Shown piece after piece: positions 46,003 through 56,733 of a stretch of DNA of 64,000 nucleotides. The stretch comes from Deltaproteobacteria bacterium (lineage in GTDB: Bacteria; Desulfobacterota; Dissulfuribacteria; Dissulfuribacterales; QOAL01): contig JAJRZR010000111.1 in NCBI GenBank assembly GCA_024275145.1, forward strand, positions 7,466-71,465. The letters run 5' to 3'. The notes beneath the pieces were generated by a model that was not told where the DNA came from, did no database searches, and saw only the letters and a list, made by a program, of their open reading frames with translations. Position 1 is the stretch's first letter. Each line of letters begins with the position of its first letter. A program made the position numbers and the translations under genes.

Positions 46003-47031
46003 ATGGAGGCAATAAGACAGGCCATATCCCTTCTGGTAGATGGTATGGACATGACGGCAGACAATATACGCCCGGTCATGGAAGAGATAATGGATGGGAG
46101 GGCCACTCCTGCCCAGATCGGCGCTTTTTTGACAGCGCTTCGGATCAAGGGGGAGACAGTTGAGGAGATAACCGGCGCTGCCCTGGTGATGCAGGAGAAG
46201 GCGATAAGGATAGATCTGTTATCGCGGCCAGGGGAGAAATTGGTAGATACATGTGGTACCGGGGGCGATGGAGCAAGTACCTTTAATGTCTCCACCACTG
46301 CGGCCTTTGTCGTGGCAGGGGCGGGTATAAAGGTCGCAAAGCACGGTAACAGGTCGGTGTCAAGCAGATCGGGTAGCGCCGACGTACTGGAGAAATTGGG
46401 GGTAAGGCTCGATATTCCACCGGAAAGGGTGGCAGCCTCCATTGAGCAGGTAGGTATAGGTTTTCTGTTTGCCCCGACCCTGCATCCTGCCATGAAACAT
46501 GCCATTGGGCCCAGAAGGGAAATAGGTATAAGGACGATTTTCAATATCCTTGGGCCCCTGACCAACCCTGCCAGGGCGAATATACAGGTGTTGGGGGTGT
46601 TTACGGGAGGGTTGGTAAGGCCCTTGGCCGAAGTGCTTGGGCACATGGGTCTCGAAAAGGCATGGGTGGTGCACGGCGAAGGCGGACTTGATGAGATAAG
46701 CTTGCTGGGAAGCACAAGGGTGGCCCAGTGGGACGGAACAGGGGTGAGTGAGTTTACTATAAATCCGGAGATGGTCGGCCTCGCCACTTGCAGGCCCGAG
46801 GACTTGGCAGGTGGCAGCCCTGATGAAAACGCCATCATCCTCCGGGAGATCCTGCAAGGGAAAAGGGGGCCCAGGCGGGACATGGTCTTGATGAACGCTG
46901 GCGCAGCCATATTCCTGGCAGGTAAGGCCGGAGACCTTGGCCATGGCATCGATGAGGCCCGAAGAAGCATAGATTCAGGAGCCGCCATGTCAAGGTTAGA
47001 CGAATTGATAAGGTTTTCACAATCTGCGTAG
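46003..47031 (+). CDS. trpD: Anthranilate phosphoribosyltransferase
   Basis: DTCGTGGDG, KHGNRSVSS.SGSADVLE. Confidence 0.95.
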   Translation: MEAIRQAISLLVDGMDMTADNIRPVMEEIMDGRATPAQIGAFLTALRIKGETVEEITGAALVMQEKAIRIDLLSRPGEKLVDTCGTGGDGASTFNVSTTAAFVVAGAGIKVAKHGNRSVSSRSGSADVLEKLGVRLDIPPERVAASIEQVGIGFLFAPTLHPAMKHAIGPRREIGIRTIFNILGPLTNPARANIQVLGVFTGGLVRPLAEVLGHMGLEKAWVVHGEGGLDEISLLGSTRVAQWDGTGVSEFTINPEMVGLATCRPEDLAGGSPDENAIILREILQGKRGPRRDMVLMNAGAAIFLAGKAGDLGHGIDEARRSIDSGAAMSRLDELIRFSQSA

Positions 47032-47046
47032 GTGCTGGTGTGACCG

Positions 47047-47811
47047 ATGACTATACTTGATACTATCGTTTCCCATAAGAGACACGAGGTGGCAAATGCC
47101 AAGAAGAGGGGCTTGATAGGTCCTGAAAGGGATGTCCCGGGTCACAGAGGTTTTCGTGATGCCCTGGTTCAAGACCATGGACTCAGTATCATCGCGGAGG
47201 TCAAGAAGGCATCCCCTTCAAAGGGCCTGCTATGCCCTGATTTCAATCCGAAGGCCCTGGCCCTGGACTATCGATCAGGCGGAGCTGCTGCGGTCTCGGT
47301 ACTCACTGACCAGAGATTCTTTCAGGGAGATATCAGATACCTGGCACTGGTTAAGGAGGAAGCAGATCTTCCTGTCCTTAGAAAGGATTTCATCATAGAC
47401 CACTTCCAGATAGAGGAGGCGCGTGTATGGGGGGCCGATGCTGTATTGCTTATTGTGGCCATCCTTGAGGACAGCCAGTTAAATGAGTTCATGGCCCATG
47501 GGAGGGAGCTCAGCCTTGACTGCCTGGTTGAGGTCCATGACCAGGCCGAGGCCGAGCGTGCGTTGAAGGCAGGGGCGGATCTCATAGGGGTCAATAACCG
47601 CAATCTTGCTGATTTTACAGTAGATCTCAATACGACCTTTACCATAAGGCAACAGGTGCCCCTGGATGTGCCTATGGTCAGTGAAAGCGGCATATCCACC
47701 AGGGACGATATAGAAAGCCTGGCAAGGGCAGGGGTTCAGGCCGCCCTTATAGGCGAATCCCTGGTAAGGGCAAAGGACAGGATAAACAAGCTAAAGGGTT
47801 TCTTGCTGTAG
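47047..47811 (+). CDS. trpC: Indole-3-glycerol phosphate synthase
   Basis: IIAEVKKASPSKG, LRKDFIID.FQI.EAR..GADAVLLI, IGVNNRNL. Confidence 0.95.
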   Translation: MTILDTIVSHKRHEVANAKKRGLIGPERDVPGHRGFRDALVQDHGLSIIAEVKKASPSKGLLCPDFNPKALALDYRSGGAAAVSVLTDQRFFQGDIRYLALVKEEADLPVLRKDFIIDHFQIEEARVWGADAVLLIVAILEDSQLNEFMAHGRELSLDCLVEVHDQAEAERALKAGADLIGVNNRNLADFTVDLNTTFTIRQQVPLDVPMVSESGISTRDDIESLARAGVQAALIGESLVRAKDRINKLKGFLL

Positions 47812-47850
47812 CCGGATAGCCCTTAGATCTACACAATTTTTGGCAGAAAG

Positions 47851-48477
47851 ATGCATACCATCAGGATAAAGATCTGCGGCATTACCGATCCTGTTCAGGC
47901 GGTTGAGATAGCAAGGGCAGGGGCCCATGCAATAGGTTTGGTTTTTGCCAAAAGTCCCCGAAGGGTCTCGATAGAAACCGCCAAGGAGATAGTGAAGGTC
48001 TTACCCCCGATGGTCCAGGCAATTGGTGTATTCGTGGATGAAGCCCCCGAGAGGATTAGGGAGACAATGGATTATTGCGGGCTGGATATGGTTCAGCTAC
48101 ACGGAGACGAATCACCAGAGACGTGCAAAGCTCTTGCTCCCAGGGTTATCAAGGCAGTTCGCATAAGGACGTCCGTGGATCTGGAAGGCATTCAGCGTTT
48201 TAAGCCCTTTGTACGGGGATTCTTGTTGGATGCATGGTCCCCACAGGCCGTGGGCGGGACAGGGGAAACGTTCGATTGGTCAATAGCCATAGAGGCCGGG
48301 AGGAGACTTGAGCGTCCAGTGATCCTTGCAGGGGGGCTTTGTCCTCAAAATGTTGCCAAGGCCATAGAACTGATCAGGCCCTGGGGAGTGGATGTAAGCT
48401 CCGGGGTAGAGGACAAACCCGGTGTGAAAAACCTTGCAAAGGTGAAGAGTTTTATAGACGAGGTAGAAGGACGATGA
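47851..48477 (+). CDS. trpF: Phosphoribosylanthranilate isomerase
   Basis: IKICGIT, VQLHGDE, GGTGETFDW, LAGGL. Confidence 0.9.
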   Translation: MHTIRIKICGITDPVQAVEIARAGAHAIGLVFAKSPRRVSIETAKEIVKVLPPMVQAIGVFVDEAPERIRETMDYCGLDMVQLHGDESPETCKALAPRVIKAVRIRTSVDLEGIQRFKPFVRGFLLDAWSPQAVGGTGETFDWSIAIEAGRRLERPVILAGGLCPQNVAKAIELIRPWGVDVSSGVEDKPGVKNLAKVKSFIDEVEGR

Positions 48478-48500
48478 AAGGTTGGTTTTCATCGATTTAA

Positions 48501-49745
48501 ATGAAAATTATCAAAAAAATTTTTACAGGGGAAGAGAAATTGAAAGGATCCTTATCCAAACCCGATTCTAGGGGACATTTTGGCATTTTTGGTGGAAGGT
48601 ATGTGCCTGAAACCCTTATGCCAGCATTGCAGGAGCTTGAGAGGGCATACAAGGCCGCCCGCAGGGACTCTACCTTTAAAAGGGAGTTAAACGGCATACT
48701 CAAGGATTATGTAGGACGCCCGACCCCCCTTTACGAGGCCAGGCGTCTGGGCGAGGCGCTGGGTGGCATAAGGGTCTTCCTCAAGAGGGAGGACCTTACC
48801 CATACAGGGGCCCACAAGATCAACAACACTATAGGCCAGATCATATTGGCTAGGCGGATGGGGAAAACCAGGATCATTGCCGAAACCGGGGCTGGCCAGC
48901 ATGGTGTGGCAACGGCGACCGCTGCCTCGTTGATGGGACTGAAATGCGAGGTGTACATGGGCCGCAAGGATACAGTGCGCCAGGCCATGAACGTTTTCCG
49001 CATGGAGTTGACCGGTGCAAGGGTAATACCGGTGGATTCAGGGACAATGACCTTGAAGGACGCAATAAATGAGGCAATAAGGGACTGGGTGACCAATGTG
49101 GCCAATACCCATTATATCATTGGTTCCGTGGTGGGGCCTCATCCGTATCCTGTGATGGTCCGGGATTTCCAGAGCGTGATAGGCAGGGAGGCCAGGGCCC
49201 AGATCAAGCGGGTTACAGGTCGTCTGCCAGACGTGATAGTAGCGTGTGTGGGAGGAGGCAGTAATGCCATGGGCATATTCTATCCCTTCAGCAGGGATGA
49301 GGAGGTTAGGCTCATAGGGGTGGAGGCCGCTGGAGAGGGTATAGATACAGAACACCATTCAGCCACCCTGACCGTTGGAAATCCTGGTGTCTTGCACGGG
49401 ACCATGAGCTATCTCCTTCAGGACAAATGGGGGCAGATAAAGGGTGCCCATTCCGTGGCTCCAGGCCTGGATTACCCGGGGGTTGGACCTGAGCACAGTG
49501 CCTTCAAGGATAGTGGTCGCGCCGAGTACGTGGCCGTTGACGACGAAGCGGCGCTCAAGGGCTTCAGGCTCCTTTCAGAGACGGAAGGCATAATCCCTGC
49601 CCTGGAAAGCGCCCATGCAATCGCCTACCTAGAGTCGTTGGCCTCAAGGCTCAAACGGGGAAGTATAGTCCTTGTCAATCTCTCTGGAAGGGGTGACAAG
49701 GACGTGGAGACGGTGGCAGAGATTTTCAAAGGGAGGACAGCCTGA
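48501..49745 (+). CDS. trpB: Tryptophan synthase beta chain
   Basis: [37 protein letters not shown]. Confidence 0.95.
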   Translation: MKIIKKIFTGEEKLKGSLSKPDSRGHFGIFGGRYVPETLMPALQELERAYKAARRDSTFKRELNGILKDYVGRPTPLYEARRLGEALGGIRVFLKREDLTHTGAHKINNTIGQIILARRMGKTRIIAETGAGQHGVATATAASLMGLKCEVYMGRKDTVRQAMNVFRMELTGARVIPVDSGTMTLKDAINEAIRDWVTNVANTHYIIGSVVGPHPYPVMVRDFQSVIGREARAQIKRVTGRLPDVIVACVGGGSNAMGIFYPFSRDEEVRLIGVEAAGEGIDTEHHSATLTVGNPGVLHGTMSYLLQDKWGQIKGAHSVAPGLDYPGVGPEHSAFKDSGRAEYVAVDDEAALKGFRLLSETEGIIPALESAHAIAYLESLASRLKRGSIVLVNLSGRGDKDVETVAEIFKGRTA

Positions 49746-50569
49746 TGAACCGTATCGACAAGATGTTTTCCACTCTTAGAAGGAGGAACGAGGCCGCTCT
49801 CATTCCCTTTGTTACTACCGGGGACCCGGATCTGCCTTCTACAGAGGCCATATGCCTAGAGATGGCAGAAAAGGGGGCTGACTTGATCGAGCTGGGCCTT
49901 CCCTTCTCGGATCCCCTGGCCGATGGTCCTACCATTCAGGCGGCCAGCCAAAGGGCATTGAAAAACAATATTACTCCCCTGGACCTTTTCGAAATGGTGG
50001 CACGCATACGGCGTAAGACCGGCATCCCGTTGGTGCTGATGGGATATTTCAACCCTGTCTACCGGTACGGGCTTGAAAGGTTTGCAAGGGATGCTGCCGA
50101 GGCAGGCCTCGATGGTACCATCATTCCTGATCTTCCCCTTGAGGAGGCAGGCTCATGGATAAAGGCTGCAAAGACGGCAGGCCTTGCCAATATCCTTTTG
50201 GTTGCCCCCAATACCCCGGAAGCCAGGTTGGAAAGGATTGCCAAGGCCACTTCCGGGTTTCTTTACTATGTTTCGGTAACCGGTATCACCGGTGCCAGGA
50301 CGACCCTACCGGACAACCTGGCCCAGGGGCTTCAGGCCGCCAAGAGGCACTGCAGGAAGCCCGTTGCAGTGGGCTTTGGCATATCCAGGCCGGATCAGGT
50401 TGAAATGCTTTCTCAGGTTGCCGATGGCATCATAGTGGGAAGCGCTATCGTGAGAATTATTGAAGAAAACACCGTTTCAGATGGATCGATCCCTGGCAGG
50501 GCACTTGAGGCCAAGGGAAAAGTAGGTGATTTTGTGAAAGAATTAAAAAGTGCCACATTGAGGAGCTGA
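49745..50569 (+). CDS. trpA: Tryptophan synthase alpha chain
   Basis: IPFVTTGDPD, ELGLPFSDPLADGPTIQ, YYVSVTGITG. Its ATG overlaps the trpB stop. Confidence 0.95.
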   Translation: MNRIDKMFSTLRRRNEAALIPFVTTGDPDLPSTEAICLEMAEKGADLIELGLPFSDPLADGPTIQAASQRALKNNITPLDLFEMVARIRRKTGIPLVLMGYFNPVYRYGLERFARDAAEAGLDGTIIPDLPLEEAGSWIKAAKTAGLANILLVAPNTPEARLERIAKATSGFLYYVSVTGITGARTTLPDNLAQGLQAAKRHCRKPVAVGFGISRPDQVEMLSQVADGIIVGSAIVRIIEENTVSDGSIPGRALEAKGKVGDFVKELKSATLRS

Positions 50570-50769
50570 TGCCCTGGATGGTTGGGAGCATTTCCATGTC
50601 TTTTACAAAAACAGGGCGTTCCGGTTTGAAAAAGGGCAGGCTGCCGTGTAGGGACCATGAAGACAACCAGCGAGGGTGAGAGCTGTGTGTTTTCATGCCG
50701 GGGGGATCCTCATCGTACCGATGGGTAAGGGCACGCATGAAGACACGACATACATGAAAAGGTAGTACC

Positions 50770-52143
50770 TTGTCCTTCAAGAGAGTCCTCAATATAATCT
50801 TTTACAGGGAGCCCAATGACCGGATTGATCTTTTCAAGATCTTTCCCAGGTTGAAGCGGTTTTTCAAGAGACGACGGCTCCATTTCCTCATAAGGACCAT
50901 AGGTGACCTTGTCTTCGCCTTTATCATACTGGTTGGCCTTTTTGGGCCACAGGATCCTGGGCGTAACTGTATCCTGTTTCTGTCGTGGGGACTTTGGTGG
51001 CCAACGGTTGTCCTGAGTTGGTTCTTCGTTGGCAGGATGTGGTGTGGCTTTTGTCCCTTTCCAGGGGCAGGGAGAATTGTTCAGCGTCTAGGGCTTACCT
51101 TCAACCTTCCGATTCCTCCGGCCCTGAGAAGATACGGTATCCACTGGTCAGTGGCACTGCTTGCGCTCATTATCTGGATAGAGGAATCTACCGGGATAAA
51201 GGAATCCCCAAGGGGGACTGCCCTGTTGCTACTGGCGATACTTTCAGGCGCGACGTTCAGTGCGGTCTTTTTCCCGAAGCAGGCATGGTGTAGGTATCTG
51301 TGTCCCATGGGCCGTTTGATTGGTGTTGCGTCCACGCTTTCACTCACAGAATTCCGTCCCGATCACGAAAAATGCCGGACCTGTAAAACCTTTGCCTGTA
51401 AACGGGGGGCCGAAGGTATTCCAGGTTGCCCGGTCTATCTGGGTGCCTTCAACGTGAGAAACAACCTGGATTGCCTTGTATGTGGCCATTGCATAGAGCT
51501 TTGTGACAAGGATTCTCCCCAGTTGAATCTCAGGAATCCGTTCACCGAACTTATAACAAACAAGGGCAGGTTCATAACCTGTTCATATATAATCCCTTTC
51601 CTCATGGGGTCTCAACTAACGAGATTCTTTGAGGACGGCGGCCTTGCCATACATGCCAGATACGCATCTGCCTGGCCTGGCCAGATGATAATATATTCAG
51701 CGGTAATGGTTGCAGGGTTTCTCTATGCCCATTCGTTCATACGTTTTGGTGCAAACCTGTTTGGTATCACCGAAGACGAGCTGTTTGGGAAATTTTCCCC
51801 CATGGTGCCTATCTTTGTCCCCATGGCATTTGCCGGTGAACTTGCCTATCGACTCGGTTATGCCTTTACCTCTGCCCAGGACTTCCTTCCCACAATGGGC
51901 AGGCAATTTGGTATAGGCTGTCTGGAGGAGTTGGGTTTTCATGTCCCGACGTGGGCATATCCTGCAATTGACCTTCCCGTTATGACAATAGGAACGATTG
52001 CAGGGTTATTCGTCTTGCATGAATTTGTAAACGAGGATTTTGAAGGGCTTGTATCCGTCAGTCGTTACCGGGCAATCCAGGTGTTGATACTTCTAATGGC
52101 CTGCTCGTATCTGTTCCTGATGGGAACCACTTGGCGGATCTGA
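50770..52143 (+). CDS. Integral-membrane 4Fe-4S ferredoxin-type protein (NapH/YccM-like polyferredoxin)
   Basis: Membrane-embedded CGFCPFPG and CRYLCPMG motifs, plus CRTC..C and CLVCGHCIELC clusters. Multiple transmembrane helices. TTG start as listed. Confidence 0.7.
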   Translation: MSFKRVLNIIFYREPNDRIDLFKIFPRLKRFFKRRRLHFLIRTIGDLVFAFIILVGLFGPQDPGRNCILFLSWGLWWPTVVLSWFFVGRMWCGFCPFPGAGRIVQRLGLTFNLPIPPALRRYGIHWSVALLALIIWIEESTGIKESPRGTALLLLAILSGATFSAVFFPKQAWCRYLCPMGRLIGVASTLSLTEFRPDHEKCRTCKTFACKRGAEGIPGCPVYLGAFNVRNNLDCLVCGHCIELCDKDSPQLNLRNPFTELITNKGRFITCSYIIPFLMGSQLTRFFEDGGLAIHARYASAWPGQMIIYSAVMVAGFLYAHSFIRFGANLFGITEDELFGKFSPMVPIFVPMAFAGELAYRLGYAFTSAQDFLPTMGRQFGIGCLEELGFHVPTWAYPAIDLPVMTIGTIAGLFVLHEFVNEDFEGLVSVSRYRAIQVLILLMACSYLFLMGTTWRI

Positions 52144-52185
52144 TGGTTGTCCAGGCAGGCGGTTTCACCCCTTAGCTATCGCCGC

Positions 52186-52665
52186 TTAGCTATCGCCGCG
52201 GCCAATCCTGCCCTCGGGATCCTCTGCCAGTCTACCTGTCTTGCCCTCTTGGATGGCCTCCCTTGCCAGCCGGTCTGCCTCCTCGTTCTCCCTGTGCCCC
52301 GCATGTCCCCTTACCCACTTCCAGCTTACCCTGTGTCTTTGGCACAACTGGTCCAGGCGCTCCCAAAGATCCCTGTTCTTGACCGGTGTCTTGTTGGCAG
52401 TAAGCCAGCCTCTGGATTTCCAGGGACCCATCCACCGGGTTATTCCTTGCCTTACGTAGTTGGAATCGGTCGTAACGGTTACCTTGCACGGGCGTTTAAG
52501 TGCCTCGAGAGCCCTTATGGCCGCAAGGAGTTCCATCCTGTTGTTGGTTGTATTGGAAGACCAGCCCTTGAGCCTTTTTTCATGATGTCCATAGCGCATG
52601 ATAGCCCCCCATCCACCAGGTCCAGGATTACCGGAGCAGGCTCCATCCGTGTATATTTCAACCAT
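52186..52665 (-). CDS. rnhA: Ribonuclease HI
   Basis: [44 protein letters not shown]. Confidence 0.9.
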   Translation of the reverse strand: MVEIYTDGACSGNPGPGGWGAIMRYGHHEKRLKGWSSNTTNNRMELLAAIRALEALKRPCKVTVTTDSNYVRQGITRWMGPWKSRGWLTANKTPVKNRDLWERLDQLCQRHRVSWKWVRGHAGHRENEEADRLAREAIQEGKTGRLAEDPEGRIGRGDS

Positions 52666-53398
52666 CTTCAGACATCCCACCTGCCCGTAAGTCCCCTGTA
52701 CGCCTGCCGGTGTAGATCGTTACGATGCCCATGGTAAGCGGCCAGTACCTTACCTGCCTGAAGCCCACCTTTTCCATTAATTTCGCCACCGTCTTAGGCG
52801 CAGGGAAGGCATCTATGGACTCTGCCAGGTACCTGTAGGCCTCTTTGTCCCCTGATATAATTCCGGCAGTGAATGGAAGGATGTTATGCAGATAAAATTT
52901 GTAGATCGGACGAAACAGTGGGTTATCAGGGCGTGAAAATTCAAGGATTACAAGTTTTCCTCCGTATTTCAGCACCCTGAACATCTCCTTGAGGCCCTTT
53001 TCCAAGTTGCCAAGGTTTCTCACACCAAAGGCAACGGTAATGCCGTGGAATGTCTTTCCTGGCAGTGGTAATTCCTCTCCGTCACCGCAAATGATATTGA
53101 TTCCTTCCCTGCCTTTTGTCCTGCTAGCCCCGAATTGCAGCATGTCATAACAGAAGTCAACCGCAGCGACTTGACACCCATGCTGCCTGATCAATTCGAG
53201 ACTCAATGGAAGGGTCCCAGCGCATAGATCCAGGATCGGTCCCGAAGCAAATCCGGTAAGTTCCCTGGCGGCTATACGTCTCCAGTAATGATCCACGTAG
53301 CAGCTTAAAATGGAATTGAGCAGGTCATATTTCGGAGAGACCGATGAAAATTTATCCTTGACGAAGTATTTTTTCCTGTTTTCCTTGAACAGCACCAT
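52658..53398 (-). CDS. ubiE: Demethylmenaquinone/ubiquinone methyltransferase UbiE/MenG
   Basis: [10 protein letters not shown]...HYWRR and the SAM motif ILDLCAGT. The start was trimmed to 53398, just after the mqnA stop. Confidence 0.85.
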   Translation of the reverse strand: MVLFKENRKKYFVKDKFSSVSPKYDLLNSILSCYVDHYWRRIAARELTGFASGPILDLCAGTLPLSLELIRQHGCQVAAVDFCYDMLQFGASRTKGREGINIICGDGEELPLPGKTFHGITVAFGVRNLGNLEKGLKEMFRVLKYGGKLVILEFSRPDNPLFRPIYKFYLHNILPFTAGIISGDKEAYRYLAESIDAFPAPKTVAKLMEKVGFRQVRYWPLTMGIVTIYTGRRTGDLRAGGMSEDG

Positions 53399-53400
53399 CT

Positions 53401-54228
53401 TTATCCCCCTATAAAGGTAATATGCCTGTTCAAGGGGGCGGAGCATGCATCTACCAGAAGTTCAAAAAAGCGCTCAAGGCCCCTCTGTTTTTCCGCGGTG
53501 AACTCCAACTCTATCCCCTTCAGATAACTTAGGCATTGGGCTGGAGACATAGGTATTCTACCTGCCACTTGTTGGCTGATTTTCTTTAGCTCCATCTGCC
53601 CGACGTTATAACATTGTAGGAGGCGCTGCTTCAGTGACAGGACCAGCTCTGCCCTGTCTGTCCAGCATTCCTTCCTAACCGCCCACACAGCAAACACAAA
53701 GGGCAGCCCTGTCTGCTCGAGCCATATCTCGGCAAGGTCAAAGTGAAACAATCCATTCTGGTCCCGTAGCCTCAGTGCCTCGTCCCCTATGGCCAGGTAG
53801 GCCCCAGCCTTGTTGTTTTGCATGAAGTCACGGAATTTTCCGGTTTCGTAACGCGGTCTAAGGCCATAAAAAAGTTCCAGTATAAGCCTTAGCAGGCTGA
53901 CCGATGTAGCTGATTGTGGCGTGAGATAGATAAGGGCCGATCCCAGGGCATTCAAGGGCCTTTTGCTGAACAGGGTTACACTGTTAACTGCCCCAGTGGC
54001 ACTTATGCACAGATTTGGAAGGAGCAGATAACGATCGCTGTTGAGTCCATAGGAAAAGGAGGATATGATCCCTGCATCTATTTCCCCGCGCAGCAGCTTT
54101 TCATTCAATAGGGTAGGATAGCCCTCCAGTACAGACCATCCTTCAAGTGGCCCCATCTCCTTCCAGGGTATATAGATATGGGATGTGTTTATGTAATTGA
54201 CCATACCTAGGATGCATTTCCTGTCCAT
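53401..54228 (-). CDS. mqnA: Chorismate dehydratase MqnA (futalosine pathway)
   Basis: LGMVNYINTSHIY...LLNEKLLRGEIDAGIISSFSY is the MqnA/DUF178 PBP-like pattern. It sits next to other mqn genes. Confidence 0.8.
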   Translation of the reverse strand: MDRKCILGMVNYINTSHIYIPWKEMGPLEGWSVLEGYPTLLNEKLLRGEIDAGIISSFSYGLNSDRYLLLPNLCISATGAVNSVTLFSKRPLNALGSALIYLTPQSATSVSLLRLILELFYGLRPRYETGKFRDFMQNNKAGAYLAIGDEALRLRDQNGLFHFDLAEIWLEQTGLPFVFAVWAVRKECWTDRAELVLSLKQRLLQCYNVGQMELKKISQQVAGRIPMSPAQCLSYLKGIELEFTAEKQRGLERFFELLVDACSAPLNRHITFIGG

Positions 54229-54256
54229 AGTCCCTGGAATCTCCCTCCGTGCACAT

Positions 54257-55546
54257 TCAGAACCGGCCATCATCCCCTTCTTCCACTATCATGGCCCTAG
54301 CAGCCTGCTTCCTGGCCGTATCAAGAACCAGAAAGTCCATAATCTCCGAAGAGGAAAGCTTTCCAGGCTGTACGACGAGGAATGCCGCCTTCTTGCCCCT
54401 TTCCAGGGTTCCATACATCATATCAAGACCAATGGCCCTGGCTCCGCCCAGGGTAGCGGCCTCGAATATGGCCTCGGTGGACAGGCGTGGATCCGTTGCC
54501 GCCAGGGCAGCCATTTCTTCGAATATAGACAATCTATCGTTACTTGCGTAGCTATCGGTTCCAAGTGCCATGTTTACGCCAACCCTTTTGAGGTCAAACG
54601 CCTTGGGAAACCCCACCCCTATATGCATATTACTTTTGGGGCATAGGCATACAGAGGCATGGCTTCGGACCAGTATCTCGATATCGGCCGGGTCCAGATG
54701 GACACAATGGACACAAATAGTCCGGCTATCAAGGAGTCCAAGTCTGTCCAGATAGCGTACAGGGGTTGTCCGCGGTATTTCATAGTCAAGAGGCCAGTGG
54801 CCCCTTTCCTCAATCAGCTCCCTGATCGGCCCTGACCCTGAATAGAGGAAGTCGATTTCTTCGGAGGATTCGGCAACGTGAATGGAAAAGGGCAGTCCGT
54901 TGTGATGGTTCCATGCCTTTATGAGTTTCAGGGCATCAGGGGTTACCGAGTAAAGGGAATGGGCGGATAATGCGAAATTGAAATCATTATGTGGCGATCC
55001 ATTCCCTGCAATGCCCAACGCGCTGTTCAGTAGTCTCTGCAGGCCTACAAGATCGTCACCCTTGGGCGCAATGACCTCGTGAAAGAAGATGCCGCTGAAA
55101 GGCCAGTAGGTGCTGCTGGCACCGGCCAGATCTGGCACAAGGCCTGTATTGCCCGTATCAGCCAACACCCCTGTTCCGTCTTCCACGAGTTCAATTGCCG
55201 CCGCTTCGATTGCGGCCAGTGCCTCCCGATGATCGATCCGCTCCCTGGCAGTTATCAAGCGCCTTACCCATGTGACAAAGGAACCGGACGACGGAACGAG
55301 ATTCCTTAGTGGTGACAATTCCAGGTGACTGTGGGCATTTATAAGTACAGGTGTGATAATGGCTTCGCCGTGATCAATGATCTCCCCGAGATAGCGGGAG
55401 CGTATCGAGGTGGCACGGGCCACGTCTACGATTTTCCCGCCAAAGGTTACAAGCCCGCCGTATTCTATGGGAGGACGGTCAACTGGTACTACCCACTTGG
55501 CTATATGCAACCTGAGTGCCTGGTCGCTATACACGCTGCTTGTCAA
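54257..55546 (-). CDS. Amidohydrolase-superfamily deaminase (possible aminodeoxyfutalosine deaminase)
   Basis: Metal-binding LINAHSHLE, then HVAES and GTDS motifs. The function is inferred only from position between mqn genes. Confidence 0.65.
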   Translation of the reverse strand: MTSSVYSDQALRLHIAKWVVPVDRPPIEYGGLVTFGGKIVDVARATSIRSRYLGEIIDHGEAIITPVLINAHSHLELSPLRNLVPSSGSFVTWVRRLITARERIDHREALAAIEAAAIELVEDGTGVLADTGNTGLVPDLAGASSTYWPFSGIFFHEVIAPKGDDLVGLQRLLNSALGIAGNGSPHNDFNFALSAHSLYSVTPDALKLIKAWNHHNGLPFSIHVAESSEEIDFLYSGSGPIRELIEERGHWPLDYEIPRTTPVRYLDRLGLLDSRTICVHCVHLDPADIEILVRSHASVCLCPKSNMHIGVGFPKAFDLKRVGVNMALGTDSYASNDRLSIFEEMAALAATDPRLSTEAIFEAATLGGARAIGLDMMYGTLERGKKAAFLVVQPGKLSSSEIMDFLVLDTARKQAARAMIVEEGDDGRF

Positions 55547-56612
55547 GTTCCTGTCCCTGTATCCCTGCCAGGGTATAGTCCATCAATCTTTGCCTGGGTT
55601 CAAAGCCGGCTCCACGAACGAAGTGGCGGATCTCCCTTTCCGAAAGACGGTGGCTTACCCCTGTGGCAGCTACGACATTTTCCTCGATCATGGTGCTTCC
55701 AAAGTCATTTGCCCCAAAATACAGGGCAATCTGGGCGATTTTAGGCCCCTGGGTCACCCAAGATGCCTGAATATTGGCTATGTTGTCCAGAAATATTCTT
55801 GAAATGGCCAGGGTTTTTAGATATTCGTACGCCGTAGCCGGCCTGACATCGATGGCCGTATTCCTGGGTTGGAATGGCCATGGTATAAATGCCGTAAATC
55901 CCCCTGTGCGATCCTGCAGCTCCCTGATTTTCTTGAGATGTTGAATCCTGTCCCGGACGGTCTCCACGTGGCCGAACATCATTGTGGCGGTGGTTTTAAG
56001 CCCAAGTTCATGGGCCTTTTCCATGACATATAACCACTGTTCACTGGTTGCTTTCCTCGGCGCTATCTGTCTTCTTACCCTGTCTACCAGGATTTCTGCA
56101 CCACCCCCTGGAATGGAATCAAGACCGGCTGCAATCAGGCGTTTGAGCACATCCTCCACCGAATATCCAGATATCTGTGAAAAATGCCAGATCTCAGGTG
56201 GAGAAAAGCAGTGGCAGTGAACCCCTGTCTTTTTTATGAATCTTAGCATGTCTTCATAGAATGAAAGGGGAAGGTCGGGATGAAGACCACCCTGAAGCAA
56301 TACCTGCGTGCCTCCGAGGGCCTTCGTCTCCTCTATCTTTTTGGCAAGCTCGTCCCTGCCCAAGACGTAACCCTTTTTGTCTCCAGGGGCACAAAAATAT
56401 GCACAAAACTTGCAGCCTGATATGCATTCGTTGGTGTAGTTAATATTTCTATCAATTATATAGGTTACTACGGGTTCGGGATGAAGCTGTAATCTGGTTT
56501 CATGTGCCAGTTGCCCAAGCGTGTTGAGATCCGCTTTTTCATAGAGGTCAAGGGCATCGTCCGGCTCAAGACGCTTTCCAGCCCTTATTTTTTTGAAAGC
56601 TCGATTATCCAT
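55527..56612 (-). CDS. Radical SAM enzyme of the MqnC/MqnE (CofH-like) family
   Basis: NINYTNECISGCKFCAY cluster motif and a TIM-barrel-like remainder. I cannot distinguish MqnC from MqnE by eye. Confidence 0.8.
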   Translation of the reverse strand: MDNRAFKKIRAGKRLEPDDALDLYEKADLNTLGQLAHETRLQLHPEPVVTYIIDRNINYTNECISGCKFCAYFCAPGDKKGYVLGRDELAKKIEETKALGGTQVLLQGGLHPDLPLSFYEDMLRFIKKTGVHCHCFSPPEIWHFSQISGYSVEDVLKRLIAAGLDSIPGGGAEILVDRVRRQIAPRKATSEQWLYVMEKAHELGLKTTATMMFGHVETVRDRIQHLKKIRELQDRTGGFTAFIPWPFQPRNTAIDVRPATAYEYLKTLAISRIFLDNIANIQASWVTQGPKIAQIALYFGANDFGSTMIEENVVAATGVSHRLSEREIRHFVRGAGFEPRQRLMDYTLAGIQGQELDKQRV

Positions 56613-56733
56613 GTTTTCTGCCGTAGGATTTGGTCATTTCACTGGATATGACCGGGAAGAAATAGGGAATGGTCTTTATCAGGAGTCGTTTTGCCAAAGG
56701 AGACTGCCATGGAGGGATACATCAATAGCTTGT

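Noticed and set aside
45906-47102. A long (398 aa) minus-strand ORF antisense to trpD.
   Set aside because: It lies entirely inside the strongly supported trpG/trpD coding region. The translation is Ser/Pro/Ala-rich and low in complexity, with no motifs. This is a typical antisense shadow ORF.
52147-52737. A 196-aa plus-strand ORF overlapping rnhA.
   Set aside because: The opposite strand encodes an unmistakable RNase HI with all catalytic motifs. The plus-strand product is Pro/Leu/Cys-rich with no motifs.
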